Shown in pieces: positions 10,910 through 21,390 of a stretch of DNA of 64,000 bases; the stretch's first letter is position 1, and every line of letters begins with the position of its first letter. Under the pieces are notes generated by a model. The model was not told where the DNA came from, did not search any database, and saw only the letters and a list, made by a program, of their open reading frames with translations. The stretch covers positions 57,194 through 121,193 of the forward strand of contig CAXFSR010000036.1 in NCBI GenBank assembly GCA_964005815.1, in the 5' to 3' direction. The translations under genes and the position numbers were made by a program. Origin of the DNA: an uncultured Nitrospinaceae bacterium (GTDB taxonomy: Bacteria > UBA8248).

Positions 10910-11806
10910 ATGCAATCAAAGAAAAAAACTATTGGATTTATTGGTCTGGGTTTAATGGGTCAGGCTTTCACAAATAACTTAATGAAAGATGGTTATACAA
11001 TTTTTGGCACAGATCCAGTTCCATTGGCAAAAAGAAGATTCAAAAGAAAAGGCGGCAAAGTTCTCGATTCACCAAAGGCAGTCGTGGAAAAAGCAGATAT
11101 CACATTTATTTCAGTTCCAAACTCTAAAATCTCTCTAAATTGTGCAGAAGGAAAGAATGGTTATACATTTATAAAGAAACAAGCTTCAAGAAAAATAATT
11201 ATAGACACTACAACCTCGGACCCGGATGACACCAGAAAAATCAGTTCTCTTTGTAAAAAAACTAAATTGGATTTTTTAGAAGGATGTATAAGCGGAAACA
11301 GCAAAGATGTAAAAAATAGAATTGGCCTTTTCTTAGTTGGAGGAGAAGAAAAAACATATAAGAAAGTCAAACCCCTTTTAGGAAATCTTTTATCAGATCA
11401 GATTTATTGTGGAAAAGCTGGTTCGGGTGCAACTATGAAAGTAATCATAAATTATTTGACATGTCTTGAACGCTGTTCAATTGCAGAAACATTAAGAATA
11501 GGACTCCGTTCAGGTATAAAAAAAGATCTCCTACTAGAATGTCTACTAAGAAGCGCTGCCTCTGGAAAGCAGCTTGAAAAAAGAGGAGCTAGAATGTTAG
11601 GACACAAATTTTCTGACCCAGTAAGTTCATTGGCCACAATGATTAAAGATATGAAATTAGGACTTACACTCGCAAAAAAAACCAAATCTTCTACTCCAGT
11701 AGGAAAGGCTTGCCTTCCTATTTACGAACTTGGAGGAAAATCTGAATATGGGGAACTTGATAGCTCAGTTATCTACAAAGTTTTCGAAGACCTTGAGACC
11801 AAATAA
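10910..11806 (+). CDS. Beta-hydroxyacid dehydrogenase family (3-hydroxyisobutyrate DH-like)
   Basis: IGFIGLGLMG, GSGATMKVIIN. Confidence 0.85.
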   Translation: MQSKKKTIGFIGLGLMGQAFTNNLMKDGYTIFGTDPVPLAKRRFKRKGGKVLDSPKAVVEKADITFISVPNSKISLNCAEGKNGYTFIKKQASRKIIIDTTTSDPDDTRKISSLCKKTKLDFLEGCISGNSKDVKNRIGLFLVGGEEKTYKKVKPLLGNLLSDQIYCGKAGSGATMKVIINYLTCLERCSIAETLRIGLRSGIKKDLLLECLLRSAASGKQLEKRGARMLGHKFSDPVSSLATMIKDMKLGLTLAKKTKSSTPVGKACLPIYELGGKSEYGELDSSVIYKVFEDLETK

Positions 11807-11826
11807 AAATTCAACTCAAAAAGAAC

Positions 11827-13413
11827 TTAACGAAGACCAGCAAGTTCTTGAAGACGATGCCAGTTCTTAAGTCTTTCTTCGTTAGTAGCTAACAAGACTT
11901 CCGAAGGATTGCCATCTTTATCAAATTGTTTTGCAAAACGACCTTCAGTTCTTGCAAAATCTATAAAATTCACCTCTTCTTTAGTCTTAGGATTCACATA
12001 CCAGTCTTTATTTGGAGAAGGATTACCTGTGAGATTCATTCTCTCTTTGATCGTATTTCCACGCCTTGGATCGTAAGTGAAAACAGGAAAAGCTCTACTG
12101 TCGGCCGCTAACTTCGCCTGAGCACCAGCCATATCATCTGCAACACCATGTTCTGGTTGACATGTTGTAAAAACATTTATAACCGCAGGTCCAGGGAACT
12201 CATTCGCTTCCATTATTGAGCGATAAAAATGATTTACATGCGCACAAGTCGTCTGAGAAACGTATACATCCCCGTGCATCAAACATATCGTACTTAGTTC
12301 TTTTCTTGCTTCAGTTTTACCCTGAACAACTTTTCCATGCTGACTCATTTTGGCATCTTGTCCTCCATAACTGCTTGTTGATGCCTGGCCACCAGTATTA
12401 GAATAAACTTGTGTATCTAAAACTAAAACTTTAATATCTACACCACTTGCAAGCATTCTGGATAAAGACTGAAACCCTATATCTAACATGGCTCCATCTC
12501 CACCAATAACCCAAAGTCGTTTGTCTTCCATACCCTCTTGATCCCATCTTGCCCTCACACCCATTGCAACAGCAGGACCATTTTCAAAAAGACTATTTGT
12601 CCAAGGAACAATATAAGGGTTGTAAGGATATGTACTTGTATAAACGGTATTACAACCCGTACTTGCTACAATTCCCATTCCTTCTTTTCCATATGTGAAA
12701 CCAGTTGCGGCAGTCATCATTCTAAGAGCAGTTGCCTCGCCACAACCCATACAACTACCTGCACCACCTACATACAGTAACGATCGTTCCGTTAGCATCA
12801 TATCTGCAAGGAATTTTTCATTTACATATTCTTCGGGAGTTTCAGGTAGAGTTTTATAAAAATCCCATTCTTGCTGAAAATCTTCTAACATTTTTTGATC
12901 TTTTGGCACCATACCGAGCGACTCATGACTCCCGCAGACCTCTACACATTCACCACACCCTTTACATTTAGTTGGATCTACAAAAATCCCAAACATTGCT
13001 CCTTCTATTCCCTTTTTTTCAGCCTGTCCGTGGAATTTTTTTGTCTTTGAGAATCTAGCTTGGAGACGTTTCTTCTCTTCAGGATCGCTTATATCATTTA
13101 ATTTTTTTTCAAGATCGCTTTCTGAGATGCCAATTCCAAGAATGGCTGTATCTGGACATTCTGTAACACAATCCATACAACCAACACATTTGTCATTGTA
13201 AAATTCTGGTAGATCCGGAGCAATATAACTAAAGTCACGAAGGGCACCAGTTCCTGCTGGAACTATACTTCTCGCAACCTGAATATCTGCATCCAGTCCC
13301 AACTCTGCAGAACCATCATTGTAAGCACCTACTACACGACTATTAAAGTCTGCTATATCCAAGAAAGTTTCTTCTTCCTCTGTATTCAGTGTAACATTTT
13401 CTCTTTCTGACAT
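11827..13413 (-). CDS. 2-oxoacid (pyruvate):ferredoxin oxidoreductase subunit: 2x[4Fe-4S] + TPP-binding domain
   Basis: CVGCMDCVTECP, CKGCGECVEVC, SCMGCGE, GGDGAMLDIG, DTQVYSNTGGQ. Confidence 0.92.
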   Translation of the reverse strand: MSERENVTLNTEEEETFLDIADFNSRVVGAYNDGSAELGLDADIQVARSIVPAGTGALRDFSYIAPDLPEFYNDKCVGCMDCVTECPDTAILGIGISESDLEKKLNDISDPEEKKRLQARFSKTKKFHGQAEKKGIEGAMFGIFVDPTKCKGCGECVEVCGSHESLGMVPKDQKMLEDFQQEWDFYKTLPETPEEYVNEKFLADMMLTERSLLYVGGAGSCMGCGEATALRMMTAATGFTYGKEGMGIVASTGCNTVYTSTYPYNPYIVPWTNSLFENGPAVAMGVRARWDQEGMEDKRLWVIGGDGAMLDIGFQSLSRMLASGVDIKVLVLDTQVYSNTGGQASTSSYGGQDAKMSQHGKVVQGKTEARKELSTICLMHGDVYVSQTTCAHVNHFYRSIMEANEFPGPAVINVFTTCQPEHGVADDMAGAQAKLAADSRAFPVFTYDPRRGNTIKERMNLTGNPSPNKDWYVNPKTKEEVNFIDFARTEGRFAKQFDKDGNPSEVLLATNEERLKNWHRLQELAGLR

Positions 13414-13426
13414 TATAAGCCCCTAT

Positions 13427-15418
13427 TTATTCGACCAATTCCAAATCTGCCATCTTATTTATCATTTCAGAGGGCAATTCATGAATCTCTGTAAATCCAC
13501 GTCTGACACATTCCATATTATCTATGACTACCTGCTCACCTCTTCTACCAAAATATTTTCGAATCGATTTTTCAACACTAGAAAAAATATCTTCCTCAGT
13601 TAAATTCTTTTGTTCCATAAACGGAGTACATTTCAAAAAGATTCCAAGTAAAACTATCCCTTGCATCCTTTGCTCTAACGAAGGATCACTTGCTATTTCC
13701 CTCGCTACTTTAACTGTATCCATGAAAAGAACTCTCGCACTTTTTTGCCTCAAGATATTTCTGGAAGCTGGAGGAATATTTTCCCATACTTTTTCGGGAT
13801 CTTCTTCATCAGTTTGAACAAATACCATTCCTTTATCTGAAAGACCCTTTAGTGGATTGCCAGACTTAAAAGCATTTACGTCATTGAGTGGAATGAATTC
13901 AACATCATTTAACTCACAATGTGTTCTAATTACATCATCTGCAATTGTAAGATAGTATGTAGTAGGAAGACCTTTTTTCTCAGATCCATATTTTGGGTAA
14001 GCCTGCACATTCATCCCGAAAGTATCACCAGCTATGGTCGCTATAACTTTGTTGGTAGTGACTGACCCATATCCACCAACTGAATGTCCTCTCATTGAAA
14101 AGGCACCAGCTGGGCGAAGATCTGGATCTTCCTCTACATCTAAAGCCGTAGCATGTTTAATTCCTAGTGAAAAATATCGCTGTTGATCTTCTGTCTTCGA
14201 ATCCATCATATTTTTTAGACATGCAAGGAAATCACCTGGCCTAACATCTCGGCTTCCTAAGCCAGCTGAACAAGAAAAGACTACAGGAATTCTATCTATT
14301 TCTGGATAATTTTTTACTCCGGTTAATGAATCTGCAAAAGACGATTTAATTTCAGCAGTGAGAGGATTAGATTGGGCACTGGGCACGTCAAGTCTCTCTA
14401 ATACCGTAAATGCTTTTGTATTCTTTAGGGCATCAACAATTTCATCACCTGGGAATGGCCTAAAAGACGTGACATTTACAAGACCAACCTTGTGACCCTG
14501 ACTTCTTAAATAATCTACGGCGGCGATTGCAGTTTCCATATAGCAACCCATACCTACAAACGCATATTCAGCATCCTCTATACAATAAGATTCTGTTAAT
14601 CCGTATTTTCTACCCGTCGCCTCATAAAATTCCTGCATCGCATTTTTTAGGAGTTCAGGAATTTGATCATAGAAATATCGTTGAGAAATTTTTCCTTTCA
14701 TATAAGAATCCTGATTTTGCACAACACCTATCATAGTAGGATTATCAAAATCCATATTATTTCTTATTTTTTCAAGAGGAGGGCCAATAAACTCTTTCAT
14801 AAATTCAGGTTCAGGCAAAGAAACGTTTTCAATAGTATGAGTGGTAAGAAAACCATCTTGAATGTTTAGAAAAGGAGTCTCAGAATCTTCTGCAACACGC
14901 CTTGAAATAAGTGCTAAATCTCCAGCTTCTTGCGCAGTTCTCGCAAACAACATACCCCACCCACAATCAGCAACACCCATAACATCATCGTGACCAGCAT
15001 GTACATTTAAACTCTGCGAAGTCAATGCTCTTGCACCAATATGAAACACAGCTGGTAGCCTTTTTCCACTTATGGTGTAAAGTACCTCTTTCATCAAGAT
15101 AAGTCCTTGCCCTGAAGTAAAATTGGAAACTCTTCCGCCGGCAACAGCAAAGCCTTCACATGTGCTTGCGCTGGAGTGTTCGCTTTCGAGTTCTAGAAAG
15201 AAAAGTTTTTCTCCCCAAAGGTTCTCCTTACCATTAGAAACTTCAGCCTGATAACCCTGACCCATTGTTGTTGAACTGGTAATAGGATATGCACAAGCTC
15301 CCTGTGTTATATGCGTTTCAACCCAAGCTACTGCGGCAGCACCGTCTGCAGTAGTAGGAAGACCCGGATACTTAAAAACTCCAGATCCATTTTCGCTATT
15401 TCCGTTTGTATGATTCAT
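13427..15418 (-). CDS. 2-oxoacid (pyruvate):ferredoxin oxidoreductase subunit: alpha + gamma domains
   Basis: YPITSST, ESEHSS, FTSGQGLILM, HSVGGYGS, YGSEKKG. Confidence 0.92.
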   Translation of the reverse strand: MNHTNGNSENGSGVFKYPGLPTTADGAAAVAWVETHITQGACAYPITSSTTMGQGYQAEVSNGKENLWGEKLFFLELESEHSSASTCEGFAVAGGRVSNFTSGQGLILMKEVLYTISGKRLPAVFHIGARALTSQSLNVHAGHDDVMGVADCGWGMLFARTAQEAGDLALISRRVAEDSETPFLNIQDGFLTTHTIENVSLPEPEFMKEFIGPPLEKIRNNMDFDNPTMIGVVQNQDSYMKGKISQRYFYDQIPELLKNAMQEFYEATGRKYGLTESYCIEDAEYAFVGMGCYMETAIAAVDYLRSQGHKVGLVNVTSFRPFPGDEIVDALKNTKAFTVLERLDVPSAQSNPLTAEIKSSFADSLTGVKNYPEIDRIPVVFSCSAGLGSRDVRPGDFLACLKNMMDSKTEDQQRYFSLGIKHATALDVEEDPDLRPAGAFSMRGHSVGGYGSVTTNKVIATIAGDTFGMNVQAYPKYGSEKKGLPTTYYLTIADDVIRTHCELNDVEFIPLNDVNAFKSGNPLKGLSDKGMVFVQTDEEDPEKVWENIPPASRNILRQKSARVLFMDTVKVAREIASDPSLEQRMQGIVLLGIFLKCTPFMEQKNLTEEDIFSSVEKSIRKYFGRRGEQVVIDNMECVRRGFTEIHELPSEMINKMADLELVE

Positions 15419-15633
15419 TCTAATTTCACCTATTTCGTATAAAGATTAGTAAGATTCAACAGGATTTTTAATGAACTAATTACCCAATTATAAAGGAAAG
15501 TACCCTTAAGTTCAATGAAAATAGATACAAAAAAATACAAATTATTTAAATCTTTTAAAAACAATAGGTTACAGAATACAATCGAGAGTTTGTCAAGATT
15601 TGCTCTTCTTAATAAAAATGATTTAACATTACT

Positions 15634-15664
15634 TTGACAATACAGTCCCAAAAAAGGTTATTAT
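15634..15664 (+). promoter_or_regulatory. Possible sigma70 promoter for the Grx-DinB gene
   Basis: TTGACA (15634-15639), 19-nt spacer, TATTAT (15659-15664); spacing suboptimal and the region is AT-rich. Confidence 0.35.
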
Positions 15665-15701
15665 AGAATATAAACTCATTCATAAAGGAGAGTGTACCTA
15701 A

Positions 15702-16454
15702 ATGGAACCAGTTAAAATCTACACGAGGCACGGTTGATTTTCATGTGCAAGAATGAAAGAGTTTCTTTCAGAAAATGGCATCCCAATAGAAAATCGAGAT
15801 TGCACAAATGATCCTGTTGCTCAAAAAGAATTAAATGAACTTGGAATCAAAGCTTTACCTGTAGCAGTAAGAGGATCAAAAATTGTAATTGGTTTTGATG
15901 AAAAAAAACTAATCGAAACTTTCGAGATAGAAAAAAAATTACGAGAACCTTTAAATGTTCATTCTATAATGCGCTTTACCTCAAAAGTGTTTTTGGCAAC
16001 AAAACGTGCGATAAATCAAATCCCAAAAGAAAAACTCGACTGGATTTCACCTGACCGTCCCAGATCTCTCAGACAACTAACGTGGCATATATTTGAGAGA
16101 TTCGAACTTTGCATGGAAGCATATACTTCTGAACACTACACAGAAGATATGGTTAGAAGATATGAAAAGGAAGCAAATAATTATAAAGCTAACGAAGACA
16201 TTTGTTTATATGGTGACAAAGTTGAAGATAAATTAAAAAAATTCATCAATGAAAATGAACAAAATATAGATAAAGAAATAGATAGCTATATGGGAAAAAT
16301 AACTATTCAAAAACTTTTAGAAATGGCTTTAGGACATGGAGTTCAGCATCTACGACATACATATCATTACTTTGAAATGTTAAATATAGTCCCGGATTCC
16401 CCTTTAAAGCCAGATGATTACAAGGAAATTCCCGTACCAAAGGAATTGTTCTAA
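15702..16454 (+). CDS. Putative selenoprotein: glutaredoxin (UxxC) fused to a DinB/YfiT-like domain, 250 aa
   Basis: SD AAGGAG, ATG 15702, MEPVKIYTRHG-TGA(15735-15737)-FSCAR continuing in frame into track ORF 15753; Grx cis-Pro/GFD features (ALPVAVRGSKIVIGFD); C-terminal RSLRQLTWH...HGVQH. Confidence 0.88.
15754..15770 (+). promoter_or_regulatory. Candidate bacterial SECIS hairpin (Grx-DinB)
   Basis: TGAAAGA-GTT-TCTTTCA, loop at +24 after UGA; TTTTC/GAAAA can form a lower stem. Confidence 0.55.
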
Positions 16455-16497
16455 AAAATTGAAATTTAAATAATTAAATAATATGGAGTAAAACCTT

Positions 16498-17766
16498 TTG
16501 AAAAAAAATGCGTTAAGAGCAAACCGAAAACGAATGAAGGAAGAATTTGAACACCAGTCAAAAATCGGACAGTTAGGCAAAACAGGTCTTTCAAGAGTCG
16601 CATTTACAGTTCCATTTACTAAAGTAAGAAAATATGCACAATCTCTTATGAAGAATGCAGGAATGAAAACTAAAATTGACGCATTTGGGAATTTGTACGG
16701 CAGAAAGGAAGGAAAACAAAAAAATCTACCTACCGTTATGCTTGGTTCGCACCTTGACAGCCAAAATCCAGGAGGAAGGTTTGACGGTCCAGCTGGAGTA
16801 CTTACAGCTCTTGAGGCTATTCGTATTTTAAAAGAAAATAAAATTGACCATGAACATCCTATTGAGGTAGTAGCTTTTGCCGGCGAAGAATCCTCATGTG
16901 GAATGACCGTTTTTGGAAGCAGTGCAGCAACTGGAGTAATAGGTGCAAAGGAAATGAAAAATACTATACATCCTCCAACTGGAAAAAGTCTTTATGAAAT
17001 TGTGAATAAGACAGGAGGCAATACATCAAAAATCAGAACCTCTATTTTACAAAAAAAATCTATAAAATCTTTTCTAGAACTTCATATAGAGCAAGGACCT
17101 ATTCTGGAAACAAATAAGGTTTCTATTGGAGTAGTTGATCTCGTTGTAGGCTACATAAGAGGGCAAATTATTTTCAAAGGAGTTTCTGCTCATTCAGGAG
17201 GGCAACCAATGCCTTACCGCAGAGACTCTTCTATGGCCGCAGCAGAGTTTATGCTTGAAATGGAATCCATGGTAAAAAATGCGCCTGAGAGTCAAAGACT
17301 GACTATTACATTCGGCGAAATTAACGCAAGGCCAGGATGGATATCAATTGTTCCTGGAGAAACAGAAATTTCATTTGACCTTAGAGGGAAAAATGATGAG
17401 ATTCTCAAAAGAATTCTAGAAAGAATGAAGAAGAAACTACTCGAAATAAAACAAAAAAGAAAAGTTCATGGTATTATGAAAGATGTATTAAAACTTCCAG
17501 TCTGTCCAACTTCAAAAAAAATTCAGTCTATTCTCAAAAGAGCTTCTAAAACCGCAGGATTCAGATCTCTTAAACTCTCAAGTGGTGGAGTGCATGATGC
17601 TTGCAGGATGGCAAAATTATGCCCTATAGGGATGATTTTTATCCCTTCAGTCAAAGGATTATCACATACACCCGAAGAGTTTACTCACTTTGAAGATATG
17701 GTTAAAGGAGCAGAAGTGACAGCACTCGCGCTATCCGAACTCTCTAAGAAAAGTGTGAAAATTTAA
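16498..17766 (+). CDS. M20 Zn amidohydrolase (allantoate/N-carbamoyl-amino acid amidohydrolase family)
   Basis: GSHLDS, GRFDG, GEE, ELHIEQGP, GGVHDA, SHTPEE. Confidence 0.92.
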   Translation: MKKNALRANRKRMKEEFEHQSKIGQLGKTGLSRVAFTVPFTKVRKYAQSLMKNAGMKTKIDAFGNLYGRKEGKQKNLPTVMLGSHLDSQNPGGRFDGPAGVLTALEAIRILKENKIDHEHPIEVVAFAGEESSCGMTVFGSSAATGVIGAKEMKNTIHPPTGKSLYEIVNKTGGNTSKIRTSILQKKSIKSFLELHIEQGPILETNKVSIGVVDLVVGYIRGQIIFKGVSAHSGGQPMPYRRDSSMAAAEFMLEMESMVKNAPESQRLTITFGEINARPGWISIVPGETEISFDLRGKNDEILKRILERMKKKLLEIKQKRKVHGIMKDVLKLPVCPTSKKIQSILKRASKTAGFRSLKLSSGGVHDACRMAKLCPIGMIFIPSVKGLSHTPEEFTHFEDMVKGAEVTALALSELSKKSVKI

Positions 17767-17774
17767 ATCTCTGC

Positions 17775-18206
17775 TTAATAACCTAAATCCTTCGCAGGAA
17801 CATCGGAAGCTATCTGGATCACCATTTCTTCTGTCTCACTTGGATCAAGAAACAAAATCTCATACCCTCTTGGAGTATAAGTTCCTGGACCAAAACCTTC
17901 CATAAATTTTACGTCTTTGTTTTGAAATTCTTCGCCAATTTTTCCCGTATCTTCCGTTGAAAACGCTATATGAGAAAAACAGGGACCACCATTCTTTTCG
18001 AGCATCTTCGTATAATGATTCTCAGGATCATAGGGCTGCATAATTTCTATTTCTACATCTCCCATCCTAAGAAAAGTAGCATGTGCCCATCCAGTATCAG
18101 CAACTTGCACCCGGTTTGGTTCACATCCTAATTTTTCCATAAATAATTTTTTTGTTCTTTCCATATCATCTGTGATTAAACCTATATGATGAATTTTTTT
18201 AAACAT
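17775..18206 (-). CDS. VOC family protein (methylmalonyl-CoA epimerase-like)
   Basis: IHHIG, EIEIMQP, HIAF. Confidence 0.8.
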   Translation of the reverse strand: MFKKIHHIGLITDDMERTKKLFMEKLGCEPNRVQVADTGWAHATFLRMGDVEIEIMQPYDPENHYTKMLEKNGGPCFSHIAFSTEDTGKIGEEFQNKDVKFMEGFGPGTYTPRGYEILFLDPSETEEMVIQIASDVPAKDLGY

Positions 18207-19590
18207 TTTTTTCTCCTAGATTTACTGAAGTTTTGGTCTTTATCCACGAAAAAAACCATAAAAATAAAATACACCCACCGGTGAATTGGGCAAGAAGCAT
18301 AGCAAACCAAACTCCTTCCTCTCGCAATCCGGCTGTATTAGAAAGGTAAAATGCTGTAGGAAGCATAAGAATCCAGCTCACAATAATTTGGGTGAGCATT
18401 GGGGGTTTGGAATTTCCTGCACCCTGAAATGCTCCGGCCATAACCCTTCTTATTGATTCCATAATGAGACCAAACGAAAAAACACGAAGCGCAAAAGAAG
18501 CAATGGGTGTCGAACTGCCTACCAGTCCAAAAAAGATAGAGATGTCTCTAGAGAAGAAAAATTGAGCTACAGAAAGAAAACCCATTATTCCAACAAGAAT
18601 TGTTAAAGTATATTGAACTGTGCTTATTGCTCGATTTGGCTTAGACGCTCCGAGATTTTGTCCAACCAAAGTTCTAGTAGACCCCTGAAGACCAAAACAA
18701 GGAAGGCGAGCAATCATTGTAACTCTATTGCCGACTCCCCAAGCTGCTAGAGCATCTGCTCCAAAAGGAGTTAGAATCCTAAGAAGTAAAAGGTAGGAAC
18801 CCCTTTCTAAAAGATTTTGTACTGTCGCTGGCCAGGCAATTGAAAGGAGCGAAGAAATGATTTCTAGATTTGGAAGAAAAAATCTAAGTTTCAGAAAAAC
18901 TTGAGACCATCCTTTGAGTAAATAGAAAAGCATAATTAGGAATCCGACCGATCTTCCCAGACCTATTCCAAAAAAACTTCCCGCAATACCTATTCCTTCA
19001 AAAGAACCAAAACCAAACATGAACAATGGCATAGCTATTAATGAAACAATCGTTCCTGCTAACATAGATATAACTAAAATACCTGGCTCACCAGTACCCC
19101 TGAAAACACTGCCAAAAACAAACATAGCCTCTATCGCAATCAAAGAAACAAATCCCGATTTCATATAATCAAGAGCAAAACCAGTCACCTGTGTATCAAG
19201 ATTCATAATTGAAATAATAAAAGGGGCAAAGAAGAAACCGAGCAATGAAAGAGTCACAGAATATACGAATAACAGGATTATCATCTGAGCAGAAACAATA
19301 GAAGCTTTTTCAAAATCTTTCGAACCCACTGCATGAGCAACAAGGGATTGTCCTGCAATTCGGATACCCATACCAAGGGATCGGAGAAAAAGAATGAATA
19401 AATACCCTAAGGAATACGCGGCCAGAGCATTCGGGCCAAGTATTCCAATCCAGAAGATCTCAAAAATACCATCAAAACTTCTTACTAACCTCTCGAAAAA
19501 CATAGGAATTACCAGACGTTTGACACCTTTTCCAATAGGGCCAATTGTATAATCGTATTTTTTCGAAAGAGTTGAAGAAGAATTTTTCAG
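18199..19590 (-). CDS. MATE family efflux transporter (probable CTG start)
   Basis: Multi-TM, FRGTG and GQNLGA motifs; frame open upstream of track ATG through DYTIGPI...LVIPM to CTG 19590, preceded by AGAGGT. Confidence 0.85.
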   Translation of the reverse strand: MKNSSSTLSKKYDYTIGPIGKGVKRLVIPMFFERLVRSFDGIFEIFWIGILGPNALAAYSLGYLFILFLRSLGMGIRIAGQSLVAHAVGSKDFEKASIVSAQMIILLFVYSVTLSLLGFFFAPFIISIMNLDTQVTGFALDYMKSGFVSLIAIEAMFVFGSVFRGTGEPGILVISMLAGTIVSLIAMPLFMFGFGSFEGIGIAGSFFGIGLGRSVGFLIMLFYLLKGWSQVFLKLRFFLPNLEIISSLLSIAWPATVQNLLERGSYLLLLRILTPFGADALAAWGVGNRVTMIARLPCFGLQGSTRTLVGQNLGASKPNRAISTVQYTLTILVGIMGFLSVAQFFFSRDISIFFGLVGSSTPIASFALRVFSFGLIMESIRRVMAGAFQGAGNSKPPMLTQIIVSWILMLPTAFYLSNTAGLREEGVWFAMLLAQFTGGCILFLWFFSWIKTKTSVNLGEKNV

Positions 19591-19701
19591 ATTGAGACCT
19601 CTTCTGATTTAGTATTTCAAACTAGATTTAAACGTTTCCTGATGTAAGATTCTCATGTTAGTCTATAAACCTTATCAAAAAAAGACAGTGAGGATTTTTA
19701 T

Positions 19702-20964
19702 ATGGAAAGTTCCATTTTTAAAAAATGCGCGAAACATATCAAGAAGAAAAAATTGAGAGACACTCTAATAGATTTAGTAGATATCCCTAGTCCAACTTCT
19801 GGAGAAAAAGCTTTAGCTGAGTACCTTGTTAACAGGATGAATAGTTCAGGAGCAAGGACTACTTTACAGGAAGTAAGTCTAGACAGACCTAATGCAATAG
19901 GCACTATTTCAGGAAATGGAACTGGTTCTAATCTTATGTTAACCGGCCATATGGATACTTCATATGATGGTAACGAAGAGTACCTAGTTGGGAAAGGCTT
20001 CAAACCAAAAGGAGTCTATGAGAATGGCTGGATCTGGGGATTGGGTGCAAATAATATGAAAGGTGGATTAGCATCCGCTTTAGTCGCTTTTGAAGCAATA
20101 CAAAAAGAAAAAATCCCCTTAAAAGGAGACCTAATTTTTGCGGGAGTTGTTGGAGAAATAGAAAAAGCAGCTATTGAAGAATTTCGCGGCGAGGAAATGG
20201 CAGGCTACGGAACTGGTTCTAGACATCTTGTTCTTCATGGCGTTACTGCGGATTATGCGATCTTAGCAGAACCGACAGGACTTCGCATTTCAAATGCAAA
20301 TTTAGGAGTTATTTGGGCAAAAATATCTACATATGGAACAGTTAGTCACAGTGCAATGGCTCATAGGCCAGGAATAAAGAATGCAATCAGATCTATTCAC
20401 AAGGTTCAAGCTGCAATAGAAAAGTGGATTCCAAAATTTACTAAATCCAGAGAATTTATGGGTGAAAAACCCAGTGTAAATATTTCCTCTATTCGTGGAG
20501 GCTGGCCATGGAGATTGTCAAGAAATCCTGTTGAAGCAAGTCTTTATCTTGATATACGTATTATCCCTGGGCAAAAGATAGAAGATATTCGAAGGGAAAT
20601 CAGAAAAGTACTTAGTGATCTTGCAAAAAAAACGGGAGATGATGAAGCGTCATTAGATTTCTACGTTACTGACCCGGCAACATATGTAAATCCAGAAGAA
20701 GAAATCGTCCAATCTCTAAATAGTTCGCATAATGAAATCACAAAATCTTTACCGGATTATATTGCCAGAAGACCTGGTGCAGATGCCACTCATTTTAATC
20801 ATTATGGTATACCTTGTATTTGCTATGGCCCTGGTTTTAGAGTGCATCCAGAAGTCGAAAAAAAAGGACAGTATATGCACGATGCCGGAGAACATATTCA
20901 TGAAGACGACCTTGAAATTGCGAGTAAAGTTTTTTTAAATCTTGCACTCAAAATATGTACATAA
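19702..20964 (+). CDS. M20/ArgE-DapE family metallo-hydrolase
   Basis: [27 protein letters not shown]-terminal H..GE. Confidence 0.85.
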   Translation: MESSIFKKCAKHIKKKKLRDTLIDLVDIPSPTSGEKALAEYLVNRMNSSGARTTLQEVSLDRPNAIGTISGNGTGSNLMLTGHMDTSYDGNEEYLVGKGFKPKGVYENGWIWGLGANNMKGGLASALVAFEAIQKEKIPLKGDLIFAGVVGEIEKAAIEEFRGEEMAGYGTGSRHLVLHGVTADYAILAEPTGLRISNANLGVIWAKISTYGTVSHSAMAHRPGIKNAIRSIHKVQAAIEKWIPKFTKSREFMGEKPSVNISSIRGGWPWRLSRNPVEASLYLDIRIIPGQKIEDIRREIRKVLSDLAKKTGDDEASLDFYVTDPATYVNPEEEIVQSLNSSHNEITKSLPDYIARRPGADATHFNHYGIPCICYGPGFRVHPEVEKKGQYMHDAGEHIHEDDLEIASKVFLNLALKICT

Positions 20965-20986
20965 CTGTAATGAAAGGAAATTTGCA

Positions 20987-21370
20987 ATGAAAGATTCCAA
21001 AGAAAATTTAGAAGATAAACTTACCCCTGAGCAATATAGAGTAACGCAACAATGCGGGACAGAACCGCCTTTCTCGGGAAAATACTGGGACTCACATGAT
21101 AAAGGAACCTATGTTTGTATATGCTGCGGCATAGAACTTTTTCACTCAAAAACCAAATTTGATTCCGGAACTGGCTGGCCAAGCTTTTGGGAGTCTATCG
21201 AATCAAAAAATGTAAAAGAAATTGAAGACAACTCACATGGAATGAGAAGAATAGAAACTAGATGTTCTTCTTGTAACGCACACTTGGGACATGTTTTTCA
21301 AGATGGACCTAATCCAACGGGACTTCGTTATTGCATCAACTCTGCTTCTCTTGATTTTATAAAAGAGTAA
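20987..21370 (+). CDS. msrB: Peptide-methionine (R)-S-oxide reductase
   Basis: GTEPPF, CxxC pairs, [23 protein letters not shown]; start at ATG 20987. Confidence 0.96.
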   Translation: MKDSKENLEDKLTPEQYRVTQQCGTEPPFSGKYWDSHDKGTYVCICCGIELFHSKTKFDSGTGWPSFWESIESKNVKEIEDNSHGMRRIETRCSSCNAHLGHVFQDGPNPTGLRYCINSASLDFIKE

Positions 21371-21390
21371 AAAAAGATTTACTTAAGTTT

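Noticed and set aside
15430..15651. 73-aa minus-strand ORF upstream of PFOR
   Set aside because: AT-rich divergent promoter region, no SD, no protein-like features.
20987..21370. MsrB as a further selenoprotein
   Set aside because: The catalytic residue is TGC Cys (RYCINS); no internal TGA.
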